Made by a program: the position numbers and the translations under genes
Part shown: positions 1-11,111 of the stretch, in pieces
How the letters are laid out: the number at the start of each line of letters is the position of its first letter
Numbering within the stretch: position 1 is the stretch's first letter
From: Candidatus Latescibacterota bacterium
Lineage (GTDB): Bacteria; Latescibacterota; CBDEFO01
Assembly (NCBI GenBank): GCA_965237525.1
Contig: CBDEFO010000007.1
Location: 608,001 to 672,000, forward strand
Length of the DNA stretch: 64,000 bases
Reading direction: 5' to 3'
The notes under the pieces: generated by a model
Told to the model about the DNA's origin: nothing
The model's database searches: none
What the model saw: the letters and a program-made list of their open reading frames with translations, nothing else

Positions 1-446
1 GACTGCAAACTGATGATCGCGCGCCTCTGGATGAGCAAAGTTCAGACAGCCATCCATCGGCCCGGGCACACCGATCTGATAGCTTGGGTCACTTCCGCTG
101 AAGGATCCCATACGCAGGCTAGCAAAAAAGTCCAAACCTACCTCATGCGCCCTGTCGATGAGTACAGTTAGTGGGTCGAGGCCCCTGTCAATCAGGCTCT
201 GCATATTCTTCCGCGCACGCCAAGCATACGCGAATGGACTTTGATCTCCACCCCATTGTTGTCCGATCTTAGAGGGGTAGAAGAGTCCGCCGCTTGAGAC
301 GCCGTAGATGAACGTGTCAACGGCGGTGCCGGCCACCTCATCTCATCTATCGGTCTCCAGGCGTCCTCCAACTTCATGGGCGGCTCGAAGGCGTACAGGT
401 AGTAATGTCGCGCATCATTAAAGTAGATCGTTCGACGTCGTCTCAT
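1..446 (-). pseudogene. GH10-like/DUF187-type TIM-barrel protein, frameshifted; runs off the window edge
   Basis: N-term 'RRTIYFNDARHYYLY..EPP' continues in another frame as 'VAGTAVDTFIYGVSSGGLFYPSKIG...GLDPLTVLIDRAHEVGLDFFASLRMG'. The shift is caused by a 5-bp tandem duplication (ctcat ctcat, 337-346). Confidence 0.75.
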
Positions 447-591
447 GGGTAGTCTCCTTACTTAAGTCTTAATCTGTTAAGACGGGAGTTATCCGATCAT
501 GTAGAACGCCTAACTGACAAACTCCATTACCGTATTGGCGGTTTGGAGATGACTAGTCACGCTATAAGAGAAGATCATCTTTCCTCTGCTA

Positions 592-1362
592 CTATATAAT
601 GCCAGATCCTAAACTGAGTGCAATTACCGAAAGCATCACTGCTACAATGACTTGGATCGAACGCATTGTAACCTTTTTAACTAACCGATTTCCAATATAT
701 GCTCCCAAGAATGCAGAGAGAATAGCTGCGGTTAAGAGCGCATTATGGCCGGCGCCCGAGAGTGAAAAATGAGAACTATAGATGGAGATTCGGGCGACAT
801 CCACCAGACAGGCTATCACAACGCCTGTAGCGATGAAACCTTCTTTTGTTAGACCGCACTTGATAAGAAAAGCACTTCGCAGTGCCCCTTGATGTCCTGA
901 AAGGCCTCCGAAAAAACCGCTCAAAATCCCTCCAACAGGGAGATAATTCTTCTCAAAGGATATATTTTCAAATCTCGGCAGTACTTCCAATAGCGCAAAG
1001 AATATCATCAAAATCGCAACGATAAGTTTCACAGGCATAATTTGAAAGTGATGGTCTAATAGTTGGTATCTGATCAACGGCTGCAAATCCGAAAGCCACA
1101 GTAGACCCCGCGCACCCAAGAGGGCCGCCAATATAGCGGGTAGGCCGAAGCGGAATACTGTGGTCTTGTCGGCGTGTCTGCCCAACAGTGCAAGTTTAAA
1201 CAGATTGTTGAAGAGGTGCACCACTGCTGTGAGGGAAACAGCGACATCTATGGGAAAGAATATCGCAAATAGAGGCATCAAAAGGGTGCCCAATCCGAAG
1301 CCGGAAAAAAGGGTCAATCCTGAGGCAATGACCGCACCGACGCAGATTATGAGATATTCCAT
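592..1362 (-). CDS. TSUP (TauE/SafE) family membrane transporter
   Basis: 256-aa hydrophobic protein with 'SGFGLGTLLMP' and 'GFFGGLSGHQGALRSAFL' motifs. Confidence 0.88.
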   Translation of the reverse strand: MEYLIICVGAVIASGLTLFSGFGLGTLLMPLFAIFFPIDVAVSLTAVVHLFNNLFKLALLGRHADKTTVFRFGLPAILAALLGARGLLWLSDLQPLIRYQLLDHHFQIMPVKLIVAILMIFFALLEVLPRFENISFEKNYLPVGGILSGFFGGLSGHQGALRSAFLIKCGLTKEGFIATGVVIACLVDVARISIYSSHFSLSGAGHNALLTAAILSAFLGAYIGNRLVKKVTMRSIQVIVAVMLSVIALSLGSGII

Positions 1363-1876
1363 AATGATTTGAAGACCTTGTGCGGTCTTAAACCCTGCAG
1401 TTCCTTTTTAAGCTGGTTCGGCGTCATTATTCCCTTTTCTGTCACCACGCCAGTTATGAATTCCAAAGAGGTCAAGTCAAAGTAGTAGTTTATGGCCGTG
1501 ACGTTGTGGATATTTTCCGATAGAATTTCGACAGAATCTTGCAACTCTTGAAATTGAAGTGGATAGTCTGCTGGCAGGAGTTTCTCCGAACCGCAGAGCG
1601 CATAGACGTCAATTTCCAAACTCCCTAGCCGCCAAGGCCAAACACAGAGTTCCGATTTTGTTGACCAGCCCTTTGGCCGACAGGGAATCTGCCCCGATAA
1701 GCACTATCTGGGCCTGTGGCAAGATGGAGCAGACCGCGGCGTCAATTACAAGCTTAACTCTAATACCCTCACCACCTAACTTCGCGGCCAGATTTACGCC
1801 CTCGTTGATGGGTCGAGATTCTGTGCAGATAACGTCGAATCGCACTCCTTTTGCTTTTGCTAAAAGGAGCGACTTA

Positions 1877-3397
1877 GAAGCCTTGTGAAAAACCCTTAGA
1901 TTCAGAAAGTAGTATAGAACAAGCATTGATAAAGCAGCTCCGATGTATTATATTATGTTATTGATAATATTATACATGGAGGAAACAATGACCCCACAAA
2001 AGCAGGAACAGACAAATCCGATGTTTCACTATTTTCAGATGGAGGATTTAGTTCCCGAGGATCATATCCTTCGCCAGATTGATGAGGCAGTTGATTTTTC
2101 ATTTGTACGAGACGTTGTATCAGATTGTTATTGCCCTGACAATGGCAGACCCGGTATTGATCCTGAATTAGTTGTTCGAATGATCCTTATTGGCTATCTG
2201 TATAATTTGAGTGAGAATCGGCTCTGTCAGGAAGTGGGGATGCATGCGGCATATCGGTTGTTTTGTCATCAGACATTTGATGATGCGGTTCCGGATAGGA
2301 GCACGATCAACAAGCTTCGCAATCACAAGTGGGCATCCAGTGGGTTGTTTGAACGGATAATGCGTCAGGTAGTCCAGTGTTGCATAGATGTCGGTCTTGT
2401 GAGCGGTAAACACCTTAGTGTCGACGGCACTCAGATACAAGCTGATGCTTCAGTGAAAAGTATTGAGCCGATAGAACCCCCTGTTTCTCTTGATGATTAT
2501 CTCAAGGGAATCGGTTTTGAAGGTGATAAGACAAAGGGTAGGTCCGGGCATCCTCAGGATAAAGACTTTCATGGTGAAAAGTGGACGAACCAAACACACC
2601 GTTCGACTACAGACCCCGACGCGCGCTTATACAGCAAATCGAAGGGCAAAGGGGCTTTTCTCTCGTTTATGGGCCATGATCTGATCGACACAAAAAGCAG
2701 AGTAATCCTTGAGACTCAGGGCACGCAGGCGACAGGGACAGCAGAGCCCGAAAGTGCCCTTAAGATGGTAGATGACCTTGAAACATACACCATGCCCAAA
2801 GACATTCAGACACTTAGTGCCGATACCGGTTACGGTTCTGGTAATTTTATCGCTGATGTACTTGACCGGGGAATCATACCCCATATTCCTCTGCGAGCCG
2901 ATGAGAAGATTGAACCGATTCCTACATGGAAAAACAAGACAAATCCAGCACATATTCAGGCCGAACGGGATAGAAAAGTGCGAGAGGCGAAAGCCAGAAA
3001 TCATGCACGGTCTATCTCATTAACAGCTGACTACAAACTCTCCCGGAGACTCCGTAAACGCAGTGAACATATCTTTGCTGAAGCCAGGCAACAACACGGT
3101 ATGGGACGAGCCCGTTACAGAGAACTAGCCTCACTGAATGAACAGTTGAATCTTGTTGCAACAGTACAGAATCTCAAGAGGCTTGTATCTTTCATAAGAA
3201 GGGGGAAAGCGTCTATGTGTGCCCTGTCTGTCAAAGACAGTGCATCCTGTTCTTCAAACAGCTCCTGTTCCTTGCTGACCAGAACTCTGATAAGACTATT
3301 TTGCTTATTCCACAGCAAAACGATACGATATGCTACTCTTTGACCCATAATCGGCGCTTCAGACGCTGCCTGGGACATAACTATTTCACAAGGCTTT
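1877..3397 (+). mobile_element. IS1182-family insertion sequence, copy 1 (1521 bp)
   Basis: Terminal IRs GAAGCCTTGTGAAA / TTTCACAAGGCTTT; TA (or TTA) target duplication; near-identical copy at 31302-32822. Confidence 0.93.
1988..3343 (+). CDS. IS1182-family DDE transposase
   Basis: 'LVPEDHILR..GRPGIDPE' (DUF772-like), 'VDGTQIQADAS', 'STTDPDAR', 'ADTGYGS', 'RKRSEHIFAEAR..HG'; GGAGG RBS before ATG 1988. Confidence 0.93.
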   Translation: MTPQKQEQTNPMFHYFQMEDLVPEDHILRQIDEAVDFSFVRDVVSDCYCPDNGRPGIDPELVVRMILIGYLYNLSENRLCQEVGMHAAYRLFCHQTFDDAVPDRSTINKLRNHKWASSGLFERIMRQVVQCCIDVGLVSGKHLSVDGTQIQADASVKSIEPIEPPVSLDDYLKGIGFEGDKTKGRSGHPQDKDFHGEKWTNQTHRSTTDPDARLYSKSKGKGAFLSFMGHDLIDTKSRVILETQGTQATGTAEPESALKMVDDLETYTMPKDIQTLSADTGYGSGNFIADVLDRGIIPHIPLRADEKIEPIPTWKNKTNPAHIQAERDRKVREAKARNHARSISLTADYKLSRRLRKRSEHIFAEARQQHGMGRARYRELASLNEQLNLVATVQNLKRLVSFIRRGKASMCALSVKDSASCSSNSSCSLLTRTLIRLFCLFHSKTIRYATL

Positions 3398-3849
3398 TAA
3401 GGACTGTGCAACTGTACGAATGGGTTATTATGGTTGTATCGTTCTGTATCAGTTGCGCGGCGACCTCAGCGATCGCTCGTCCAGCACTTTTCAACTGATC
3501 GATGAAATCGCGACAGGAAGCGCGCAATACTTGTCTGATTTCCTCTGTCTTGCACACTTTATCAATGTCGCACAGGGTTCTATTGGCCAGATTGAAAATA
3601 GATGCCATAGCAGGTTGCGCCGCTACCAGAGCTTTTGCCGCAGTCCCTATACTGTCAGTAAGTTGGCGAGCTGACGAGACACCGATATTTTCAGCCAAGA
3701 GGGTCAGGGTCTCGGCCGCTTTTATCGATAGCTCCACAGCTCCGCTAGTGTTATCTGATCTTATTTCCTCAATCCCCGATAGATTCAATCTTTGGCCTTC
3801 AATCTCTTTGGGCAGTTTCATCGGCAGGTTCCCTGTGCTCTTGACAGAG

Positions 3850-4992
3850 TCAACGTTCGACCTTGTAGCTGATCCGGTAAATTACGTCCGCTTGATCGTC
3901 TGAGACCAAGAGCGCCCCGTCCGGCATAACGAGAACATCCACAGGGCGTCCCCATGCCCGGCCGTCTTGCAACCAGCCATTTGCAAAGACTTTGTATTTA
4001 ACCGCTTGGTTGTCTACAACTTGCACGAGTGTTACGCGATATCCGATCGGGGTGCTGCGGTTCCATGACCCATGTTCGGCGATAAAGATCTGGTTTCGGT
4101 ACTCATCCGGGAACATCGTGCCTGTGTAAAAGCGCATGCCGAGTGAAGCCACATGTGGTCCGAGTTTCATCGCAGGCGGTATAAATTCCTCGCATTTTCG
4201 CTTGTGGCCGAACTCGGGGTCAGGAATATATCCTCCGTGACAGTAGGGGAAGCCGAAATGGAGACCACTCTGTGGCGCACGGTTCAATTCATCCGGAGGA
4301 AGATCGTCACCTAACCAGTCGCGCCCGTTATCGGTGAACCAGAGCTCCTGCGTCTGGGGATGCCAATCGAATCCCACTGAGTTGCGAACGCCGTGGGCGA
4401 AGATCTCCAAGCCTGTGCCATCGGGCTGCATCCGCATAATGGAGGCGTAGCGGCTATCTTCGCGCTCACAGACATTGCACGGTGCTCCTACCGGTACGTA
4501 GAGCAGTCCATCTGGACCGAAGCGGATGAACTTAAGGCCATGATGCGTATCTTTTGGGAAAGTGTCGTCCACCACGACGGGTCTGGAAGGATACTTTATG
4601 TGCGCTTCGATATTATCGTATCTTATGACGCGGTTTATCTCGGCCACATAGAGTACGCCGTTTCGAAGTGCCACGCCATTTGGCGTGTTTAACCCCTGCG
4701 CGATTACGATGACCTCGTCGGCTCTGTTGTCCTTGTTAGTGTCCAGAACGGCGTAGACATTCCCTCCATACGTGCCGATAAATAGTATGCCGCTTTTGCT
4801 CAGCACCATCGAACGGGCGCCTTTCACGTTGTTCGCATAGATGCTGATCTGGAACCCCGGCGGCAGTTTGATTTTACCCAGCGGCAACTCCTGATCGCCG
4901 CATGCGGGCAAGCAGAAGAGTGTGAAAGTCAAAAAGAGCAGCCAAAGGACAGCCATTGAGCATTTGGGAACGTTATGCTTGGTCAATTTCAT
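3850..4992 (-). CDS. Glucose/sorbosone dehydrogenase (PQQ-dependent beta-propeller) family lipoprotein
   Basis: '[18 protein letters not shown]', '[21 protein letters not shown]', 'HGSWNRS', 'GRPVDV'; lipobox-like LPAC; GGAGGTG RBS. Confidence 0.9.
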   Translation of the reverse strand: MKLTKHNVPKCSMAVLWLLFLTFTLFCLPACGDQELPLGKIKLPPGFQISIYANNVKGARSMVLSKSGILFIGTYGGNVYAVLDTNKDNRADEVIVIAQGLNTPNGVALRNGVLYVAEINRVIRYDNIEAHIKYPSRPVVVDDTFPKDTHHGLKFIRFGPDGLLYVPVGAPCNVCEREDSRYASIMRMQPDGTGLEIFAHGVRNSVGFDWHPQTQELWFTDNGRDWLGDDLPPDELNRAPQSGLHFGFPYCHGGYIPDPEFGHKRKCEEFIPPAMKLGPHVASLGMRFYTGTMFPDEYRNQIFIAEHGSWNRSTPIGYRVTLVQVVDNQAVKYKVFANGWLQDGRAWGRPVDVLVMPDGALLVSDDQADVIYRISYKVER

Positions 4993-7033
4993 CACCTCCA
5001 ACGGTATTTTTGACTTTATCAGAAAATTCTAATGTTTGCCTGCCGGCTTCTATCGTTTTGATAATTGCATCCACATCGTAGACACACCCTCCCCACGTGC
5101 CACCGCCGATGTTCTGGAGCGTAGCCCACAGGCGCGTGTCGTCAGGAAGCATTTCGTCGGCGGTAAGATCCGGACGCGGCGATCTTTCTGCCAGAATTTG
5201 GGTACCCTTTTCGACTCCGAAGGTCTCCTCACCGTGACCTACCAGATCTACACTCCCTTCGAGGCGGTTCCGATCGATAACGATCTGGATGAGATCGCCG
5301 TCTATCACCTTTCCGATAGGGCCACCTGCCAAAGCTTCCGGCCCGATGTGTCCTATGCAGGCGCCGGTTGAGACACCCGAGAATCGGGCATCGGTGATCA
5401 GGGCGACATGCTTGCCAAATGAAAGATACTTGAGGGCGATCGTAATCTGAAGTACCTCCTCCATACCCGTGCCCATGGGCCCTCTGCAACAGAGTACCAT
5501 CACATCTTTCGGTTTAATTCGATCTTCGCCCTGACTCTTGATAGCCCTGATCGCGTCTTTTTCACGGACAAAGACGCGCGCAGGCCCTGTTTTGCGATAG
5601 ACACCGTCGTCATCGACGACGCTCGGATCGATCGCCGTGCTCTTAATCACTGAGCCTTCAGGGGCGAGGTTTCCGCGCGGGAAAGACACAGTGCTCGTAA
5701 GTCCGCGTTCCTTGGCGATTTCGAGACTCATAATCACGTCCTTCGGATCGACGCCGTCCTTTTCCATCAGGAGGTCTCTTAGACGCTGGCGGCGTTCGGA
5801 CTTTTCCCACCAATCGAGCGTTCGCCCAAGTGGTTCTCCCGATACTGTGACGACGTCTTCGTTCAACACGCCTAAGTTTCTTATGTGCAACATCACTTCG
5901 GGAACCCCGCCGGCTAAAAAGAGCTGGACAGTCGGATGGCCAACGGGACCATTTGGGAGGACATCTACAAGGCGTGGCACTTTCCGGTTGACCTCGATCC
6001 AATCTTCCACGGTGGGGCGACTTAGTCTTGCAGCGTGAGCGATCGCGGGGATATGCAAAAGCAAATTGGTGGATCCTCCGAAGGCGGCATGGAGGATCAT
6101 CGCGTTCAGGATGGCTTCATCCGTAATGATCTTTTGCATAGTTATTCCCTTGTCCTCCAGATTCACAAGGGCGCGGGCGGATCGCTTTGCCATATCAAGC
6201 CAGATCGGCTGTCCCGAAGGGGAAAGAGCAGCGTGGGGGAGCGTCATCCCCAAAGCTTCTGCGACGACTTGTGAGGTGGCGGCTGTCCCCAGAAATTGGC
6301 ATCCTCCGCCCGGGCTTGCGCAGGCTTTACAGCCAAGATCGGCGGCGTCCTGCAGGGATATCTCCCCGTGCGCGAAACGCGCCCCGATCGATTGGACCTT
6401 AGCCGTATTCTCGCCTTCTGCCGGAGGCAGCGCCACACCGCCAGGGACTAATATGCACGGCAAATCGCACATTGCAGAAAGTGCCATCATCCCTGCTGGC
6501 AGTCCCTTATCACAAGTTGCCACTGCCATCACGCCTTTGCGCCTTGGAAGCGACCGAATAAGGCGGCGGAATATCTGTGCGGCGTCGTTACGATATGCAA
6601 GGCTGTCCATCATTCCGACTGTGCCCATCGTGCGTCCGTCGCACGGATCTGAACAGTAACCCGCAAATGGAATCGTGCCGAGCGCTTTGAACTCGTGCGC
6701 AGCCTCCTGCATTAGTAGCCCCACTTCCCAATGCCCCGTATGATAACCGAGCGCAATCGGAGTGCCGTCTGGCGCGCGGATTCCCCCCTGGGTGCTCAAG
6801 ATTAAGAACTCTTTACGATTAAGCTCATCGGGCGCCCACCCCATTCCTGCATTGTGGCTCAAAGCGAAAATATCGCCGCTGGACCAGTTGAGCAACATGT
6901 CCTCCGTAAGAGGCAAACTCCCCTGGGGACCAGGCGAGTTGGTCTCTACATCATAGATAGCAGAATCTTCAAATCCAAGTATCTCGTCCAGATCAATCGT
7001 TAGACTAAGTTCGTTATTCCTGGTAGATGCCAT
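4973..7033 (-). CDS. YjhG/YagF-family D-xylonate dehydratase (IlvD/Edd superfamily)
   Basis: '[12 protein letters not shown]', 'SDPCDGR', 'ATCDKGLPA', '[16 protein letters not shown]', '[11 protein letters not shown]', '[10 protein letters not shown]'. Confidence 0.92.
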   Translation of the reverse strand: MASTRNNELSLTIDLDEILGFEDSAIYDVETNSPGPQGSLPLTEDMLLNWSSGDIFALSHNAGMGWAPDELNRKEFLILSTQGGIRAPDGTPIALGYHTGHWEVGLLMQEAAHEFKALGTIPFAGYCSDPCDGRTMGTVGMMDSLAYRNDAAQIFRRLIRSLPRRKGVMAVATCDKGLPAGMMALSAMCDLPCILVPGGVALPPAEGENTAKVQSIGARFAHGEISLQDAADLGCKACASPGGGCQFLGTAATSQVVAEALGMTLPHAALSPSGQPIWLDMAKRSARALVNLEDKGITMQKIITDEAILNAMILHAAFGGSTNLLLHIPAIAHAARLSRPTVEDWIEVNRKVPRLVDVLPNGPVGHPTVQLFLAGGVPEVMLHIRNLGVLNEDVVTVSGEPLGRTLDWWEKSERRQRLRDLLMEKDGVDPKDVIMSLEIAKERGLTSTVSFPRGNLAPEGSVIKSTAIDPSVVDDDGVYRKTGPARVFVREKDAIRAIKSQGEDRIKPKDVMVLCCRGPMGTGMEEVLQITIALKYLSFGKHVALITDARFSGVSTGACIGHIGPEALAGGPIGKVIDGDLIQIVIDRNRLEGSVDLVGHGEETFGVEKGTQILAERSPRPDLTADEMLPDDTRLWATLQNIGGGTWGGCVYDVDAIIKTIEAGRQTLEFSDKVKNTVGGDEIDQA

Positions 7034-7054
7034 GTGGTTTCTCCCCACCGAGAT

Positions 7055-8005
7055 TTATCTTTTAACAATCTTATAATTCTTGAAACCTCCGATCTGTCTT
7101 CCACCTAAAAGTTCCTGCTCGATGTAAGTCAATAGCCTGTATCTAATTTTTTCATGTTTATACTTTTCCCTATTTGGATTCAGTCTACCTGTATATTGAA
7201 GTCTATCTTCCCAACAAAATTCGTCAATGCGATCCTTCATAACTTTAGGATGACTTCCAGTAAACTCCTGTAATAAATCTAATGGCCCATAATCAAATGC
7301 CCCTTGAGCATTCTTATGAATTTGATTAGCCTTGTGCAGTCCCTTGTGAATTATATCTAATGCCCGTCTTTTGGTCTGCATGTATTCCGGCGGTCTTACC
7401 CAGCCGTAATGATAAATAGCTGCATCAACCTTGGCGACTTTGAGTTTGTATGTACCCTTTTTCTGTCTATAACTTTTCCCATCGAAATCTGGAATCCTTC
7501 TGAAAGATTGTGCCGACTGCCACGAATGAATATCATCATTATTTCTAATAATTCTAATCTCGTAAGGATACCATCTATGTGAAATATGATAATGGTTGTA
7601 GTCCCCCCAGAAATGTTTGTATTTAAAGAGCAGACCCTCTACTTCTCTATAATCTATTAATTCTTCACATCTCCTTTTTATGATGGGCAAATATTTTTCG
7701 TGTACAACTTCATCTGCTTGTAAATAGAAGAGCCATTCACCAGTACATTGGCCTTTTGCAATATCTGTCTGATGGGCATTTTCCATTCCGCCAGGATATG
7801 CTTCAATATCCCATATTGTATTGATTATTTTAATCTTATCTGAATCTATGCTTTCTATTTCTTCTCTCGTATGATCATCTTCATCACAGTTACCTAAAGC
7901 GACAATGAACTCATCCACAATCGGCAAAACAGATAGTATAGATTGCTTGACAGGATAGTATAATTTGGTGGCATTTTTGATCATAGTAAAGCCGCTAATC
8001 TTCAT
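7055..8005 (-). CDS. Glycosyltransferase family 2-like protein
   Basis: 'MKISGFTMIKNA..YP', 'W.FYLQADEV', 'HFWGDY', 'YHYGWVRPP'. True start is probably ATG 8005 rather than the ORF-track start inside the IS. AT-rich. Confidence 0.85.
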   Translation of the reverse strand: MKISGFTMIKNATKLYYPVKQSILSVLPIVDEFIVALGNCDEDDHTREEIESIDSDKIKIINTIWDIEAYPGGMENAHQTDIAKGQCTGEWLFYLQADEVVHEKYLPIIKRRCEELIDYREVEGLLFKYKHFWGDYNHYHISHRWYPYEIRIIRNNDDIHSWQSAQSFRRIPDFDGKSYRQKKGTYKLKVAKVDAAIYHYGWVRPPEYMQTKRRALDIIHKGLHKANQIHKNAQGAFDYGPLDLLQEFTGSHPKVMKDRIDEFCWEDRLQYTGRLNPNREKYKHEKIRYRLLTYIEQELLGGRQIGGFKNYKIVKR

Positions 8006-8103
8006 AAGAACCTCTTCTAAGGTTACCGAGCCGGCACCCTTACATTGGATAGTTACGAACAGAATAGACCAAAGACATACCCAAAACATCAGAATATCAA
8101 AAG

Positions 8104-9380
8104 TGACGTGAACCCATTTTTCTGAGCACGAAATCGGACGGGTTAAGCAAGTTTTTTGCAATTTTGTGCTTCATACTGTGCCTCGAATTCTCCAGGCGTC
8201 AGATAACCCAGTGCTGAGTGGATACGCTGGTCATTGTAAACCACATCCAGAAAGTGACTCAAATGCACCAAAGCGTCCTCAAAATCCACGTATTCTTGTT
8301 GCCATACTTCCTCATCCTTCAGATGACCAATCGCGCTTTCTACGAATGGGTTCTCCCAAGCTTTGGCCTTAGATGCCATGCTTGTCTCGGCACCTACTTC
8401 CCAAAGCACCTTACGGTAGCCAGCCGCCGTGTATTGAGACCCCCGATCCGAATGGTGTATCTCCGGTCGGTGTCCTGTCTTAAATGCTTTGGAAAGTGCT
8501 TCTTGGGTCAAGGCACAAGACAGACTACGACTCAAAGCCCAACCCCGTATCATACGGGTAAAGATATCCAAGAGCAGAGCAAGATAAAGCATAGAACCGT
8601 TCGCCAAGAAAATGTAGGTGATGTCCGCACACCATACCTGGTCAGGACGTTCAATCTTAAGACCCTTCAACAGATTGGGCAAAGGAGGCTCGTGGGCCTT
8701 GCTTGTGGTCGTTAGGACTTTGTGCCGTCTAGGCTTAACCGACAAACTCATCTCTTTCATCAACCGTAGAACCCTTTTATGGTTCACCCGGTATTGCCCC
8801 CTGTGGAGCATCGGGGTCACCCTTCGATACCCGTAACGAGAATGGTGTAAACAGACGCTCTCAATTGCCTTTCGCAGTCCCTGATCATCTGAAGCCTGAC
8901 AAGTGTAATAAAAACTGCTACGTGCTAAACCTATTACGTCACACAATAAACCGATGTCAAACTCATTGGCCACTTGACGGACCAACTCCTTCTTCTGGGC
9001 TACCGAAAGGCGAAGTAGCCGGAGAGTTTTTTTGAGGCTTCTAACTCCAGGGTCAAACGCCCTACAAGACGCTCTAACTCTCTCATGCGTTGCGCCTCGG
9101 CACTGGCTTGTTGGGAGTCGATCTCAAATATCTTGGGAGCTCGATCAACAAATTGCTGCCGCCAGCGGGTCAACAACGATTCACTCAAATTGCGTTCCCG
9201 GCAGATCCGAGCAGGACTCTTACGACAACTTAACACATCCAATACACACTCAAGCTTGAACTCAGGTGTAAGGATACGACGTTTAGATGACATGACAACC
9301 CCCTGTGGACTCTTTTTTTGAACTCTCACATGATTATAAAACTTGCTAAGCCATTTGTCCAGTTTTTGGGGTTCACGTCA
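8104..9380 (-). mobile_element. IS3-family insertion sequence (1277 bp)
   Basis: IRs TGACGTGAACCC ... GGGTTCACGTCA (TG..CA ends); 3-bp TSD AAG (8101-8103 and 9381-9383); orfA/orfB arrangement. Confidence 0.93.
8143..9293 (-). CDS. IS3 transposase OrfAB (OrfA 9000-9293, OrfB 8143-~9030; -1 programmed frameshift)
   Basis: OrfA HTH 'TPEFKLECVL..LLTRWRQQF'. A7 slippery run at 9027-9033; the -1 frame leads into OrfB with 'YGYRRV', 'WCADITYI', 'HHSDRGSQY', 'WENPFVES'. Confidence 0.9.
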
Positions 9381-9400
9381 AAGTTACACAACACTCTGAT

Positions 9401-9429
9401 ATTATAAGGAAAAATCCCCGTGTGATCAA
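9401..9429 (-). promoter_or_regulatory. sigma70 promoter pointing into IS3 / the GT2 gene
   Basis: TTGATC-N17-TATAAT on the minus strand. Confidence 0.7.
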
Positions 9430-9442
9430 GATAAAAGTTTGC

Positions 9443-9569
9443 TTGACTTTTTATATAAACTTGCTTAATTTTCGTCGTGATCCTTGTTCTCAATCACAAG
9501 GGTATTGACATGGGCCTATTCTCAGGTTTAAAATAATACGTTGACAATTGATCGATATTTTATCATATT
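9443..9569 (+). promoter_or_regulatory. Tandem sigma70-like promoters upstream of the hldA operon
   Basis: TTGACT-N17-TAATTT (9443-9471), TTGACA-N18-TAAAAT (9505-9534), TTGACA-N17-CATATT (9541-9569). Confidence 0.6.
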
Positions 9570-9584
9570 TCCTTAACAAAATCT

Positions 9585-10574
9585 ATGAAAAATATCGCGC
9601 TCAAACGATTAGATGAACTCTTAGATAGCTTCTCATCTCTCAAGATCCTCGTCTTGGGCGATCTTATGCTCGACGAATACCTGTGGGGCAGGGTCGGGCG
9701 GATTTCGCCTGAAGCTCCTGTCCCTGTTGTAGAGGTAGATTCAGAATCCATAAGGCTCGGTGGGGCCTCCAATGTGGTCAACAACGTCAGTTCCCTTGGC
9801 GCAATCGCCATTCCTGTGGGAGTCGTAGGAGAGGACAGTGCGGGGGAACGACTGATAGAGGAGCATGAGAAAGCGGGTTTCACTACTGCTGGGATAATAA
9901 AGGATCCGTTCAGAAAGACCACGGTCAAGACCCGTGTAATAGCTCACAGTCAGCACGTTGTCAGGGCCGACATAGAAACCACTGATCCTTTAGATGGCAA
10001 GGTATCAAACAGAATAATTAAATTTATTGAGGAAGTAATTGATGATATAGATGCAGTTCTCTTTGAGGACTACAACAAAGGCGTTATCACCAGAGACGTC
10101 TTATCTCAAACTATACAGCTAACTAAAAGCAGAGGAAAACTTACCGCCGCAGATCCCAAATTCGACAATTTCTTCGAATTTAAAGAGGTGACTCTCTTTA
10201 AGCCCAATAAAAAGGAGGTTGAAGGCGCGCTGGGAATCAGGATCGGTTCAAACGAAGATGCTGTACAGGCCGGACAGGAACTTCAAAGGCGTCTCAAGTG
10301 TGAAAACGTTGTGCTGACAAGAGGCGCAGAAGGCATGTCTATCTTCGAAAAGGACAAAAAGGTATCTCATATTGAAACTGTCGCCAGGGAAGTCTATGAC
10401 CATTCGGGAGCAGGCGATACGGTGATAAGTGCTCTTACAGTAGCTTTAGCCGCCGGATCAGACCTTAAAGAGGCCGCCATTCTGGCAAACCACGCCGCGG
10501 GGGTGGTCATCTCTGAAATAGGGATCGTCCCTGCATCGCGTGAAAATATCAGAAAGTCATTTATGAACAATTAG
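9585..10574 (+). CDS. hldA: D-glycero-beta-D-manno-heptose-7-phosphate kinase (RfaE domain I)
   Basis: 'GDLMLDEYLWG..RISPEAPVPVV', 'GGASNV', 'DYNKG', 'GAGDTV'. Confidence 0.92.
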   Translation: MKNIALKRLDELLDSFSSLKILVLGDLMLDEYLWGRVGRISPEAPVPVVEVDSESIRLGGASNVVNNVSSLGAIAIPVGVVGEDSAGERLIEEHEKAGFTTAGIIKDPFRKTTVKTRVIAHSQHVVRADIETTDPLDGKVSNRIIKFIEEVIDDIDAVLFEDYNKGVITRDVLSQTIQLTKSRGKLTAADPKFDNFFEFKEVTLFKPNKKEVEGALGIRIGSNEDAVQAGQELQRRLKCENVVLTRGAEGMSIFEKDKKVSHIETVAREVYDHSGAGDTVISALTVALAAGSDLKEAAILANHAAGVVISEIGIVPASRENIRKSFMNN

Positions 10575-10585
10575 CGGATAGGAAC

Positions 10586-11059
10586 TTGGGAAGAACAGTA
10601 TCACTTCAGGAGCTGATCGCCATTAGGAAACAGCTCAAAAAGGAGGGTAAGAAAGTAGTCTTCACCAACGGCTGTTTCGACCTTATACACAGAGGGCACG
10701 TTGAGTACCTCAAGCAGTCAAAAGAAAGGGCGGATGTCCTAGTAGTAGGTTTGAACACTGACGATTCCGTCAGGCGACTCAAAGGGAAGGGGAGACCCAT
10801 CCTTCCCTTGGAGGACAGAGCTTCCGTCCTTGCGGCATTGGAGGTTGTAGATTACGTGTCCGTCTTCGGGGAGGACACACCCTTACAGATGATCAAAAAG
10901 ATACTACCGGATATCCTCGTCAAAGGAGGCGACTATACCGCAGATCAAATAGTGGGCAAAGAGGTTGTTGAGGAATCCGGTGGACAGGTGTTGACTGTAG
11001 ATTTGATAGCGGCTCTATCCACGACGGATATTATCCAGAAGACTAAGGGCAAGATTTAA
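10586..11059 (+). CDS. hldC: D-glycero-beta-D-manno-heptose-1-phosphate adenylyltransferase (RfaE domain II)
   Basis: 'VFTNGCFDLIHRGH', 'GLNTDDSVRRLKG..RP', 'LVKGGDY'. Confidence 0.93.
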   Translation: MGRTVSLQELIAIRKQLKKEGKKVVFTNGCFDLIHRGHVEYLKQSKERADVLVVGLNTDDSVRRLKGKGRPILPLEDRASVLAALEVVDYVSVFGEDTPLQMIKKILPDILVKGGDYTADQIVGKEVVEESGGQVLTVDLIAALSTTDIIQKTKGKI

Positions 11060-11111
11060 AGCCTCACATCATCCTAAATATCTAGCCGTCCCTTAATGGG
11101 GGTGTTTAAAG

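Larger units (their letters stand above)
1347..3821 (-). pseudogene. eIF-2B alpha / ribose-1,5-bisphosphate isomerase-family gene, split by IS1182 and frameshifted
   Basis: 5' part 3398-3821 ('DNTSGAVEL', 'AQPAMASI', 'THSYSCTVL') rejoins in frame with the part left of 1877 ('KSLLLAK..VICTESRP..EG..IGADS..VNKIGT') once the IS is removed. An extra A near 1613-1616 shifts into 'IDVYALCGSEK..NYYFDLT..VTEKG'. Confidence 0.9.

Noticed and set aside
8006..8161. N-terminal extension of GT2 in the ORF track
   Set aside because: It originates inside the IS3 end; the family-like N-terminus and RBS point to ATG 8005
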